Positions 13,896-25,846 of a stretch of DNA of 64,000 bases are shown here, in pieces. Source of the DNA: Octopus sinensis (lineage: Eukaryota); the NCBI RefSeq assembly GCF_006345805.1, contig NC_043004.1, positions 84,692,001-84,756,000 on the forward strand, read 5' to 3'. Within the stretch, counting starts at the first letter, position 1. The number at the start of each line of letters is the position of its first letter. The notes under the pieces were generated by a model. That model saw only the letters and a program-made list of their open reading frames with translations. It had not been told where the DNA came from and did not search any database. The translations under genes were made by a program, and so were the position numbers.

Positions 13896-13900
13896 GTATC
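13845..13900. repeat. (TATC)n tract at the LINE 3' end
   Basis: Direct reading; same orientation as the 5' tract. Confidence 0.95.
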
Positions 13901-14018
13901 TACTATTTAGCTATCACTTCTCGAGCGACTACTAAAACATCTGTTTGTTGTCTACACCACCTGTCCTTGTCTCTTGTTGTCTTGTTGTTGTTTTTGTTTG
14001 GGGGGGAGGATTCTCTCG

Positions 14019-14054
<36 letters not shown>

Positions 14055-14427
14055 GATAGATTAGATAGATAGATAATAGATAGATAGATATGTAGATAGG
14101 TAGATAGCTATAGATATATAGATATAGATATTATATAGATATGTATATATATATATTGTATATATACATGGGCACACACAATATATATGTATAAATATAT
14201 AATTTTCTATACATTTATATATATATATATATATATATATAGATATTATATATATATATATATATATAAATTTATTATATATATAATTATATATATATAT
14301 ATATATTTATATAAATAAGGATAATTTAAAAATAATTTAAAATAATTTAAAATAAAATAATTATTAATTATTATTTAATTAATAACGATTTTGTTCAAGT
14401 GACCAGCAGAGGTTATGTATATATATA

Positions 14428-14474
<47 letters not shown>

Positions 14475-14489
14475 AATTAGAGACAAAAC

Positions 14490-14698
14490 CACTATAATGC
14501 AAATCAAACAAAGAAAGACTTAAGCCAATACATAAAATAATTTATATAAATTAAAATTTACAAATGAATAACCACTACGATCGTTTCGTGTCAGCACATC
14601 TTAGACATTCTTCAGGTGGTTTCTATATTGGATTCAATCTTAATCTGATTTTTCCTTGTAAATTTGGATTTATTCCCTAATATTATCATTATATATTA

Positions 14699-14700
<2 letters not shown>
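14490..14700 (-). mobile_element. Short PLE-derived (pseudo-LTR-like) element carrying a hammerhead motif, between (TA)n tracts
   Basis: Contains the hammerhead at 14571-14620 and is bounded by (TA)n; PLE origin is inferred from the known association of minimal HHRs with PLEs. Confidence 0.6.
14571..14620 (-). ncRNA. Minimal type-I hammerhead ribozyme with canonical core
   Basis: Minus strand: ACCAC-CUGAAGA-AUGUC(UAAGAUGUGCU)GACAC-GAAA-CGAUCGU-A-GUGGU; perfect stem I, palindromic stem III ACGAUCGU, GUA triplet; A10.1-C11.1 mismatch. Confidence 0.85.
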
Positions 14701-14743
<43 letters not shown>

Positions 14744-15438
14744 TATCATAGCTAGCTAGCTCGCTAGGCGCGAGAGCGTGAGCGAGAGAGAAAGAAGAAT
14801 ACATAGATTTATTGATTTATTTATAGATCGATTGACAGGGAGACATGGATTTATATATATTCCATATTATTTTGAGTTATATTTTTCTGTACGAAACGTG
14901 CTGAGCTCTAACCTGAAATGTTTTCTTGCCCGAAGATTTACATGTGTGTATGTATATATGCATGTATCTATATCTTCATAATACATCTTTTGTTTTTTGT
15001 TACTGACATCCATACCCGTGAAAACATGAATCTTTGAATTCTATAACGCAAATTTTTACGTTTGGTATGGAATTTTACTCCTGTTTTATATCCATTTCAA
15101 ACTCAAGGCTGCGTGTTGCCACCATTGTTAGCTTGTGAAATAAAATGCTGCCATGCATTGTCTCTGACACTACGGTCTTAACGCCAAATTTCGTCGAGGC
15201 TGACATTGTATTTTTGTCTTTTCGTATCGATATTTCTGCCTTTTGTGTCGATTAGGTCGACTCCAGTTCAGCACTGAAATCAATGTTATCAATAAGTTTG
15301 CTTCCCTAAAACTTCAGACGTGTTTTTGAAAGGATTATCCATATGAAAATTGATATTAAGAATGTTGGTAAGTACCAACTATTTCAAAATAGACTTCGAA
15401 TGTTTTTATTCAGTGAAGGACACTTCATCAAATATATA

Positions 15439-15536
<98 letters not shown>

Positions 15537-15570
15537 AATAGATGTATGTATATATATATATATAATTATA

Positions 15571-15750
15571 ATTTAGGGTTATCTGAGAGATACCACCCAC
15601 GCTGAAATAGCAGTCAAAATAGATTATTAAAATTAACAATTTAGGGGATCTAAGAGATACCTCACTGTTGGAAATAGCAGTCAAACCTTGACTGCTATTT
15701 CCAGTGTGGAGGTATCTCTTAGATACCCTAAATTATAATTTTAAATAATT
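15571..15750. repeat. ~47-bp motif present as two direct copies plus one inverted copy (foldback)
   Basis: TTTAGGG..ATCT(G/A)AGAGATACC..GAAATAGCAGTCAAA at 15571 and 15639; reverse complement at 15688-15733. Confidence 0.85.
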
Positions 15751-15917
15751 ACTACTATATATATAAGCTCTCTCGAACATTTCGGGTAAAGTGCTCGTTA
15801 TTCAGTTTAAAAAATGTGTATAGTATCTTTCTCATGTAAAATGGTAAGAAATAGCAAAGTCCTTACTTGCGTTCATTTCAGTTTTGTTAACCAATTAAAT
15901 GCTAATACACTTAATAA

Positions 15918-16117
15918 TACTTACTAATACAGGTACAAGGGTCAGAAATTTCAGGCAGGGCGTGAGTCGATTACAAGAATCCCAGTGCTATTTATTCTAT
16001 CGAAGGCATGAAGGGCAAAGTTGACCTCGGCGGAATTTGAACTGAGAACGTGACGAAGGACGAAATGTCGCTTAGGATTTTGCCCGATGAGCTAACAACT
16101 CTGCCAGTTCGCCGCCT
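15918..16117 (-). mobile_element. SINE family B
   Basis: Contains aagggcaaagttgacctcggcggaatttgaactgagaacg, the reverse complement of the family-B head and box. Confidence 0.85.
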
Positions 16118-16118
16118 G

Positions 16119-16191
<73 letters not shown>

Positions 16192-16286
16192 TTACTACTA
16201 CTACTGCTGCTACTACAACTACTACTACTGCTACTACTACTATTGCTACTACTACTGCTGCTGCTGCCGCCCACACCACCACCACC

Positions 16287-16329
<43 letters not shown>

Positions 16330-16330
16330 C
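16118..16330. repeat. (ACT)n/(CAC)n microsatellite
   Basis: Direct reading; source of the poly-T/V/S ORFs. Confidence 0.95.
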
Positions 16331-16511
16331 TCATTCAATAGTGAGGGTGATAAATTGAATATTAATTTAATTAACATCAATTTAAAACCAGTAGACAAAC
16401 AGAAAAATCTGAAAATTCAGAAGAATTCAGAAATATTATATATATATGTATGTATGTACATGTATATAAATATAGAGATATATGCATATATGTATATATA
16501 TGTATATATAT

Positions 16512-16572
16512 AGAAGGGAATACAGAGAAAAAAATCGCCGGTGGTACTCACTGGTCATATATATATATATAT

Positions 16573-16610
<38 letters not shown>

Positions 16611-16694
16611 CCTCGTGAGCGTCCAATATACTTTATTTATTCCACGTCCTTGCGTTGTTTCCTTTTTTATTTTGTTTTCTTGTTTGGATTAACT
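16512..16694. mobile_element. Two fragments of the 34285-34477 repeat family, diverging around a (TA)n tract
   Basis: 16512-16557 is the reverse complement of the family 5' part; 16608-16694 matches the 3' part (tgagcgtccaat..gtttggattaact) with the hammerhead segment missing. Confidence 0.7.
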
Positions 16695-17616
16695 TTATAT
16701 ATATAGGCGAATAATTAAGAGACTGGATTCCCAATCATGAGATCATATATTTGAAACTAGTACGTGGAATCTTGGATAAATATGAATTTGTGTAGCCTCT
16801 ATTTAAGCACATTTCATCTGGATAAATATGCATAGGCGAGAATACCACTAAGGCCTGTTGAGATAATTCTAAGGGTAATTCAAAAGAACGTCCATGTTTT
16901 ATATTATTTCGAGTTCCTTATGCCTGAGAACCAAGCTAAATTTGAATTAGCTACTGTAATGATTAGTCAACTTTGTGTTCATTAACGAGCACGTAATTTC
17001 GCTGATATTTTTGTCAGCCTCATCTGAGCCAGCTTCTCCTTCGTCTCTAAACATTTGTCCCACTTTTCTCATACATGATTGAAACTAACAACTTAAAAGA
17101 TATTTCCCATATATAAAGTGATACGTATGGAAATCTCTCACTGTCCGTTTTCTGTAGTCGACAGTAATTGAAGAATATCAGCAACCCTCTTCATAAAGCA
17201 TATCCCCAAAGGCTTTTACTAATGCAGTGTAGTAAGATAATAAAAACAGGTCAGTTATTGGGAGAAATATAAAACGCTTCAGGATTTTTTCATTGAAAAT
17301 AAATGGAAAATACAATAAGAATTTCTATCTTAAGGAATTGAAACGGAATGGAACAGAAATTTCCACTTAGCGCTTGGAAATATATTGAAACGCATATTAT
17401 ATGGGAACAAATATCTGATATTTTGTACTTAGAAAGGTTTTTTTTATGTTTTGATACCAGTGGCATGTAAATTTCTTAACAGAATGATAGAGTGCCCCAA
17501 GTAAATAATTTGAAACGACTTCCAGGAAAAAGGGATAAATCCACAATAAAAGTGGTTTCATTGGAAATAGATATTGAGTCTATTAAATTATTGAAAACAA
17601 TATATAGACATATATA

Positions 17617-17666
<50 letters not shown>

Positions 17667-17836
17667 GGAGAGAAGAGAGAGAGAGAGATCTATCAAAATT
17701 GAATTTGGAATACTTGAAGGTTAAATCAAGAAATATTGGCGTTATAAAATTACAACTTTTAATGCTTCATGTGTATAATCTTTATCACCAGCTTCCTTTA
17801 TCTTCGTTGTCATCATCTCCCCTCTCTCTCTCTTTG

Positions 17837-17948
<112 letters not shown>

Positions 17949-18272
17949 TATAATAATTCCATTTTGCAAGTTTTTCACACTTATATTCACATGCTTTCTC
18001 TCGTTGACTTTCCTAGGCTAACAAACTTTCAGATAGTGTTCTATAAAATTTTCTAAATTTACGATATTGTAGCGTTCGAACATACAGACATATTTGTTAT
18101 GGTATTAAAAATAAACTCATTATTATAGTATGTATTATATTATTAAGACAGATCATTTCAGTCGTGTAACAAATGAGTAATGTGAATACTAATCACCGGT
18201 CTCCTATATAAAACGGGCGAATGTGTATTGAGACTCATCCTAACCTCTTAAATGTTCCATGTATAAATATAT

Positions 18273-18442
18273 AGGCGTAGGAGTGGCTGTGTGGTAAGTA
18301 GCTTGCTTACCAACCACATGGTTCTGGATTCAATCCCAGTGCGTGGCAACTTGGGTAAGTGTCTTCTACTATACCTTCAGGCCGAGCTAAGCCTTGTGAG
18401 TGGATTTGATAGGCAGAAACTGAAAGACGCCCGTCGTATATA

Positions 18443-18523
<81 letters not shown>

Positions 18524-18775
18524 GTGTGTGTGTGGTGTGCGTGTGTGTGTATGTGTGTGTATATATGTTTGTGTGGCTGTGTTTGTCCCTTCAACATAGC
18601 TTGACAACCGATGATAGTGTGTTTACATCTCCGTAACTTAGCGGTTCCGCAAAAGAGACCGATAGAATAAGTACTAGGCTTCCAAAGAATAAGTTCTGGG
18701 ATCGATTTACTAGACTAAGGCGGTGCTCCAGCATGGACGCATTCAAATGACTGAAACAAGTGAAAGAGTAAAGAG
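18273..18775 (+). mobile_element. tRNA-derived SINE, family A (CORE-like central box, internal (TA)n(TG)n)
   Basis: A-box-like GGCTGTGTGG and B-box-like GGATTCAATCCC, CORE-like CTTGGG(C/T)AAGTGTCTT, AAAGAG tail; homologous to the 47.2 and 57.0 kb copies. Confidence 0.9.
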
Positions 18776-18776
18776 T

Positions 18777-18833
<57 letters not shown>

Positions 18834-18868
18834 ATATATATGTATATATATAATAATATTAGTGAATA

Positions 18869-18914
<46 letters not shown>

Positions 18915-20279
18915 TAACACACAAATGTAGTTTTTAGTTAAGAAAAAAGTGACAATGACTCTGATTAGAATGCATATGGCCATATGGATTTAAATAGGAA
19001 CAACGTCAGCCATTAGAACTATGGAGAATGTCTATGACGAAAACTATAAAAGAATGCCTTATATCACGGTATCACAGAATTTTGAAGGGAAGTTACAGTA
19101 TAGCAAGAATGTCACAAATATCAACATTTTCTGCCATGAACAATGTTGATATATTTCGCATCTGGAAATCTAAATAATTATTCACTTCAAATACAAAGTC
19201 AAAAGACTCAGTGAGCAGCTAGAAACTATCAGTTTGTTTTTGGCATTTTAAAATGTGAAACATAGATATTTATTGTCAAATCTAGATATAAAACAAAATA
19301 TCAAAGGATATTCGATTGTGCGTCACAAAGAATTCGTTCGAGTACACCGGATTTTACACAATATAGCAAATATATTCATACATCATACTGACTATGCTTC
19401 ATCTAAAAAGACTATTCAATTTCGTTTTTGCTTAAGACAAATTAATTCGTTGACAATCCGTACAGAGCGCTGGTGCATAATAATTCGTCAGAAAATGATT
19501 GCACAGAATACTGACATTTACTTTTGCACAAGGAAACAAACTATCGGCATAATCTATTTTTTCCAACTAGCAATTCAGAAACTTATAGAAATGGATTATG
19601 TAATGTAAGTTATAAAACCCGATACAGAGTAAATTCGTTTTTGTACTTGAGAAGATAGGAAAATCATCGTAGTATTTAGTGCCTATCAGCTAGAGGTGCT
19701 TTCTCTTTAAAAAGCAAAAGCATCATCAAGAACAACAATGAAAACAAGACCAGGAAACATGTATTATCACTTCATAATGACTGGGCTTAACTGTGGTCAT
19801 TAGTCTATCATCAATTACATTGGTCTTATGAATGAAATGAGATAAATACTAGTTTACAATTAGTTAAAAAAATTATCGGATACGCCCCAATGAGAAGGAA
19901 TTATTGATATGATTCTTCTAATAATGACAGTACTGATAGACGACAAAGAGAAATTTGCATTCTTTTAGAACAAAAAGGCGGGGAAAATTCATTATAGTAC
20001 CAAAATAAGAAGGGATACTTTGATATCGCAATATCGAAGTAAACGAAAGGATATGCTTGTATCTCTGCATTGGACTATGAGAGTGATGGCGTCATTGATT
20101 TCTCTTTAATTGTGCAATGAGAGTAGACAGATATTTTATGGAACACAACAGGTTTCACATGTGGCCAATATGATATTGTATGTCCTCTCATTAAGTAAGA
20201 TGATGCCATCAAGGATTCAACAGCAACTGAGAGATGTCAGGAAGTAATTCAATCGTGAGCAATATATATTTATTATAAT

Positions 20280-20390
20280 TATAAAACAAAGTATGAAGAA
20301 GATATAATAATAATAATAATAATGATGATGATGATGACGACGACGACGACGACGACGACGACAACGACGAGGACGACGATGATGATGATT

Positions 20391-20422
<32 letters not shown>

Positions 20423-20447
20423 AAATAATAATAATAATAATAATAAT

Positions 20448-20485
<38 letters not shown>

Positions 20486-20520
20486 TAATAATATAATAAT
20501 AATAATAATAATAAAATAAT
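20280..20520. repeat. Compound (AAT)/(GAT)/(GAC)/(AAT) microsatellite
   Basis: Direct reading. Confidence 0.95.
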
Positions 20521-21620
20521 AACAGTGAATTCCGAAAACAACCAATTTCGGAATTGGAGATAGACATACAAGAAACAAGCACAGAAAAAGCTAAGCGCAT
20601 GAAAACCCGTGCCAAAACTGCGGCCTTAGTTATTCTGAATAATAAATGGCAAGAAAAACCTCTCTGTGGCAAATACCCAAAGAGAGCGAATAATGCAGAT
20701 ATTGACAAAGCCCCGACCCATAAATGGCTAATGGCCTCTGGCTTAAAATCTAGAGCAGAAGGGTTTATCATAGCAGCTCAAGATCAATGCCTACCAACAA
20801 GAAACTACCAGGTCAATATATTAAAGAACGGCAGTAGCCCAACATGTCGTGTATGCCGACAACAAAATGAAACCATTGATCATGTTGCCTCCAAATGCAG
20901 TCTCCTAGCACCTACAGAGTACATCAACAGGCATAATCGAGCTGCACCATATATTCACTGGGTAATTTGCAAAAACCTGGATTTGCCCCATGATAAAACC
21001 TGGTGGGAACACAATCCACCTCCAGTGCTTGAAAATGACCACATCTCACTCCTCTGGAACTTCACCATTCAAACTGACAGAAGGATAGATGCAAATAGGC
21101 CAGACATCATATATGAAGACTTCAGACAAAGAACATGCCTCCTCATTGATATGACTGTCCCAATCGATATAAACGTTATCTGTCAAGACCTGCCAAAAAA
21201 CTGAGCAATATAAAGATCTTGAAATAGAAATCAGCAAAAGTGGAACTGAAGACTAAAACAATACCTGTTGTCATAGGTGCCCTGGGAATGATAGCGAAAG
21301 GGGCTGATTGCTACCTAAATCAGATACCAGGGAACCCCAAAATGGCAGAAATTCAAAAGATAGTGCTCATGGGAACTGCTTATTTCCTATGCAAAATACT
21401 CTCCATGTAATCCCAAGGTTTAAAACAAACTTTATTATTATTATTATTATTATTATTATTTATTAGACATTCACTAGTACAACACCAAATAAAACCCAAA
21501 TATATGGCACACTAGGCATAACAACAACGTGAACTTCCAACCTGTTTTCTCTTGAGGTCTCTGGGTGAGACTTGGAGTCAACTTGTACAGACATAAAGCA
21601 AAAGTCAAACATAGAATGAT
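20521..21620 (+). mobile_element. R4/Dong-like RLE non-LTR retrotransposon, 3' fragment with 3' UTR
   Basis: CRVC..ETIDHV.SKC zinc knuckle, RHNR..YIHW, LLWNFTIQTD..NRPDI..C.LID, KYKDLEIE, IPVVIGALG; stop at 21408-21410; (AAT)n on both sides. Confidence 0.92.
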
Positions 21621-21623
21621 ATA

Positions 21624-21654
<31 letters not shown>

Positions 21655-21667
21655 TTAATAATAATAA

Positions 21668-21713
<46 letters not shown>

Positions 21714-21737
21714 TGATAATTGTTATTATTATTATTG

Positions 21738-22580
21738 CCTTTGCGCACCTTCTAACGCTGGAGATTTACTACAGTGTCAGCTGTTCACTACCAGTGAACT
21801 ACGATAATACCTCTTATTTTCGAGCATCTTCCGTAGTAATTGAGTGGTTCCAAGCAGTGCTCTTTCTGGCAAGTACCCCACCCTTATTGCAGTCCCTATT
21901 TGTTCCAGTTACTTCTCAATGTTTTTACTCACTGTTCCCAGGGCTCCTACTATTACTGGTAGCACTACCATATTTTTCATCGACCACAACTGATTTACCT
22001 CCCAAGCTAACCTGTCATATCTATCGATCTTTCTTTCTTCCTTATCGTATACCGTGTTTCAGCTGAGCGGGTTATATCTACGATCCACCATAGCTTGCTT
22101 TCCTCTCCAATTAAGACTATGTCGAGTTTCCTGTTCTCTATCTCATGGTCGCACTGAATCATAAAATCCAACAGGATCTTTGCATTATCATTTTCGATGA
22201 TGCCTTCGGATTCGTGGCCGTACCAATTTTTTCCACTGTCAAGTCCGGACTTGTTCCAGAGAGTCCAATGGACAAGCCTTGCTAAAATATCGTGGCGTAT
22301 ATTGGCTGGTAATATGCCATACGGTTTCACCGCTTTGTCCACAGATTTTGCATTTATCATTTTCTGATGTGTTGTCTACACTGTATTTTATGTTCTTAGC
22401 GCTTACTCTTAGGCTGCATAAATTACAGCCTTCGTTTCCGGTTTTAAATCATATTTAGTCATCTAGAGGCCTCTTTCTTTTCTGCCTGTCCTTCCTTCAA
22501 CATCCCTATGAAATTGACCATGCACTCTTTTCCTTACTCACCAATCTTCAGATTCATTCGTTTTCAATTGCTTGTACATT
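21738..22580 (-). mobile_element. Second R4/Dong-like 3' fragment (different, more decayed subfamily)
   Basis: Minus strand: KRVHGQF, CKICGQSGETVWHI, RHDILARLVHW, KILLDFMIQCDHEIENRKLDIV, ALLGTTQLLRKMLE; ends in (AAT)n on its own strand. Confidence 0.88.
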
Positions 22581-24899
22581 GCTACAGAACAATGTACACG
22601 TGAGTTAAGAGTACTACAAAGAAGATATCCTCGCCATAACACAGAGAATCCGCCGAATGAGAAACAGCAACTTTTCTTTGAACAAAACAAAGTACTGATT
22701 TCCAATAGCACAATATCCTTAACTTAAATAAACTACTAAAAATAGGACAGGAAAACATGAAAAATAATGACCGCATTTAGGACGCACCACCCAAAATCTG
22801 ACGTTTGAATTGCTCGAATAACTATTTTTTGTCAGCTGGGTAGACAGGAGCAACGTGGTTTCTTCGAGTGTCTTAAGCATGTAGAAGATATAAATTCTTG
22901 TTCAAACTGCCCAAGAAAATCTGCTTTTCACATATACAGCCCATATATCTTTTGTAGATGTGGGCTGTCAGCTATAGCTTGCTTTATAGGGAGGAAGTCC
23001 CGAACGTCGATGCATGCAAGTAATGATATCCAGTATAGAGTGTCAGTGACGAGATTGTGGGCAAGACGTCATACTAATGCGGCGCTAACAAATTGAGATT
23101 CAACGCAGTAATGAAAGGAAAATTAGTCGATACAGTATATCGTATGCACACAAAAAGAATTGGAAAGCGCTTTTCAAAATGCCATGCAAGCATAATTATT
23201 AACAGCAGTAATCTATCTTGTAACTATTCTTCCTTTAAATTAGCGTAGAGCATATTGTGGGACATGGGGAGCAATGTTGAATACTGTTTTTGACTTTATT
23301 CCTTCTGACTGTGATAAAAGGTTGGGTGAAACAGGTGTTAAGCCTGTATCTATAACAACTGGGGATTTCAGCTCCAGATACCTCACTTGGTCGAAATACA
23401 TAGCGAACACGTAGAAGAAATAACAGTTATTTTACAGGTTAAGAATGATACTTAGACACAGTTTCAAGTGAGACAAACAATGAAACTAATCTGTCACAAA
23501 ACGAATGTAGTCTCTACATTTATGCTGCTAAATGTATTCGTTTGAATCGATAGACGAATTTCCGTTTGAGATGTTTAAAAATCGATCAGGCTGTTATTAT
23601 CGATTTTAAATTAAATATTCATTTTTATTATTAATAAATTCAGTGAACCTTTTAATATTGAATCATTTTCGTTAATATGAATTTAGACAATGAGTTAATA
23701 ACATAGTTTCATTATTGAGAGCATTCCTACATCTGTAGTTTAAGAAACTATAAAATATAAGTGATATTGATAAATCATTTGTCTAAATTGTTTTGACACA
23801 CCATTTGACGAAGGACGAATATTAATTCTCAAGGAAAATTGCCAGGGAAGACACTTTCATATAATCTATCCAATAGAGAGAGATATTAACCATTTCTAGA
23901 TTTCAATTGATTGCATCGCGATGATCTTATGACATGCAGCGAAGATGGATATTTAATCTTCTCTCGAAAATAAAAGACCCGCAAGGAGCTCTTCCAAATC
24001 AATTTCTGAAATACTGAAGCCGCAGGTATTGGCACGGGTCTTTTGTACACCACTGAATCGCTTACTAGAAACATTTCAACGAATAATCGGATAGAGAATT
24101 TTTCAGACAATAGCTTCACAGAGTTATTTACAAAAATCTCGATGGCTGCACAATCATGTATTGACTTATCAAATTTCAGAACGGTGACTATATAGTTATT
24201 ATGCATAGACGAGTTCAATAAATTTTAATTGTCCATTTAACTCATTCTGAATTATATAGTTTTCTAACAATATAAGTTCAAGCCAATAGGTTAAAAACGA
24301 AATAGATTTAAGAGATGATTATGTTGATTACTCCAGCAATTCGTAGATGCTACAGTGCATTAGTAACAATGTGTGCGCATGAAAATCCTATACACAAACA
24401 TTACATACATAAATGCATACATACGTGCGTGTGTGCGTGTGTGTGCGTGTCTGTACACATACATTCACACATGTATGAGTGTATACATTTATGCATGTAG
24501 ATGATTTTGTGTGTGTATTCAGGTACGTGTATAAGGAATATGTTGTAATTATTATCCATATCTATATTTTTACTCTATAAGTGAGTACATATTTCAATAC
24601 ATTGTTCTGGGTAATGTACAGGGTTCGTTCAAAATTAGATGACGTCATTTTTTCCCGCACAGACTAATGCCATGTTGGCAAAATATTTTGGGTGGCAGGT
24701 AGCGCCACTCTTCTTGCGCATGAGCGAGAATTTGCGTACCGGTAGACAGCGTCAGTTCCAGCAGCTGCTACACCTAGTGTACAGACGTGTAGTGCGCGCT
24801 CGCCAGATTTTCATATTCCCCAAAAAAGCGAGGAAATATATTGTGAAAAACTCGATGATGCCCCAGCTCAAACTAGAACATTCAGCAAGTCTTCGCCGA

Positions 24900-24968
24900 G
24901 GATGCCATAGTGGGACTGAACTCAGAATCATGTGGTTGGTAAGGAACTTACCTACCACACAGCCATTT
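24900..24968 (-). mobile_element. SINE family A head fragment
   Basis: Reverse complement of ggctgtgtggtaggtaagttccttaccaaccacatgattctgagttcagtcccac. Confidence 0.75.
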
Positions 24969-24974
24969 CAGCAC

Positions 24975-25345
24975 CTACGTGTATGTGATATATTTGATTT
25001 TGCAACTACATTTGATAAGGATGGTCATGGGGTATGTCAGAAACTATGGAGACTCGATATAGTCGAAAGCTGGGAAGGAGATTAAGTGACTTCTTAAAAT
25101 ACAGAAGCAAGATTGTGGAAGCCAAATTTAACGTCTCCAATGAGTCAGTAACAGCGACTCTCTTGGGGCTGCAGCGGTTTATGATGACTCCTTCGCGCAT
25201 TTCATCAGTTATGCAAGCAGGCACCCTTACTAGCTATGGTGATGACACAAAAGTACAAGGAACAAAAGAACCATACGATGCTAATCGTCAACAGAATGAC
25301 CTAAAAACTTATATAAATGGGATACAAAAAATATCATGTAATGTA
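24975..25345 (+). mobile_element. CR1/L2-type LINE reverse-transcriptase fragment, decayed
   Basis: Translations DFATTFDKDGHG.CQKL, LGRRLSDFLKYRS, TLTSYGDDTKV match RT motifs DF.KAFD and YADDTK. Confidence 0.75.
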
Positions 25346-25475
25346 AGGCAGCAAAATTTCAAGACTTCCGCCACTGGATTCCTTATGCTAACGTGTGACT
25401 ATTAGCTAGATTGTAATAACACACTGCCTTTATTGAGCTTGTGCTAACATGCTACAACAAAGATAATTTGAGTCT

Positions 25476-25632
25476 AAATGCTTAGTACTATTTCGTTCTA
25501 ATTCCGCCGACGCCAACTTTGACTTTCATCCTTTCGGGGTCGATAAAATTCGGGGTCAAATATTCCCGTCGATGGAATCGACTCTCCCCTCCCCACAAAT
25601 TCCAGGCCCTGTGCCTGTAGTAGAATGATTTA
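25476..25632 (+). mobile_element. SINE family B (partial) followed by (ATT)n/(AGT)n
   Basis: aattccgccgacgccaactttgactttcatcctttcggggtcgataaa box and ggccctgtgcctgtagtagaa tail. Confidence 0.8.
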
Positions 25633-25814
25633 TTATTATTATCATAATTATTTATTATTATTATTATTATTAATATTATTATTACCCCTCTATACTATTA
25701 TTATTATTATTATTAATATATTAATATTATTATTATTATTATTATGAAATTATTATTATTATTATTTGATTATATTATTATTTAGTAATAATAGTAATTA
25801 ATTATTTGTAGTAA

Positions 25815-25846
<32 letters not shown>

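Noticed and set aside
23973-24044. AAAAGACCCG/CGGGTCTTTT inverted repeat
   Set aside because: Only 10 bp with a poorly pairing interior.
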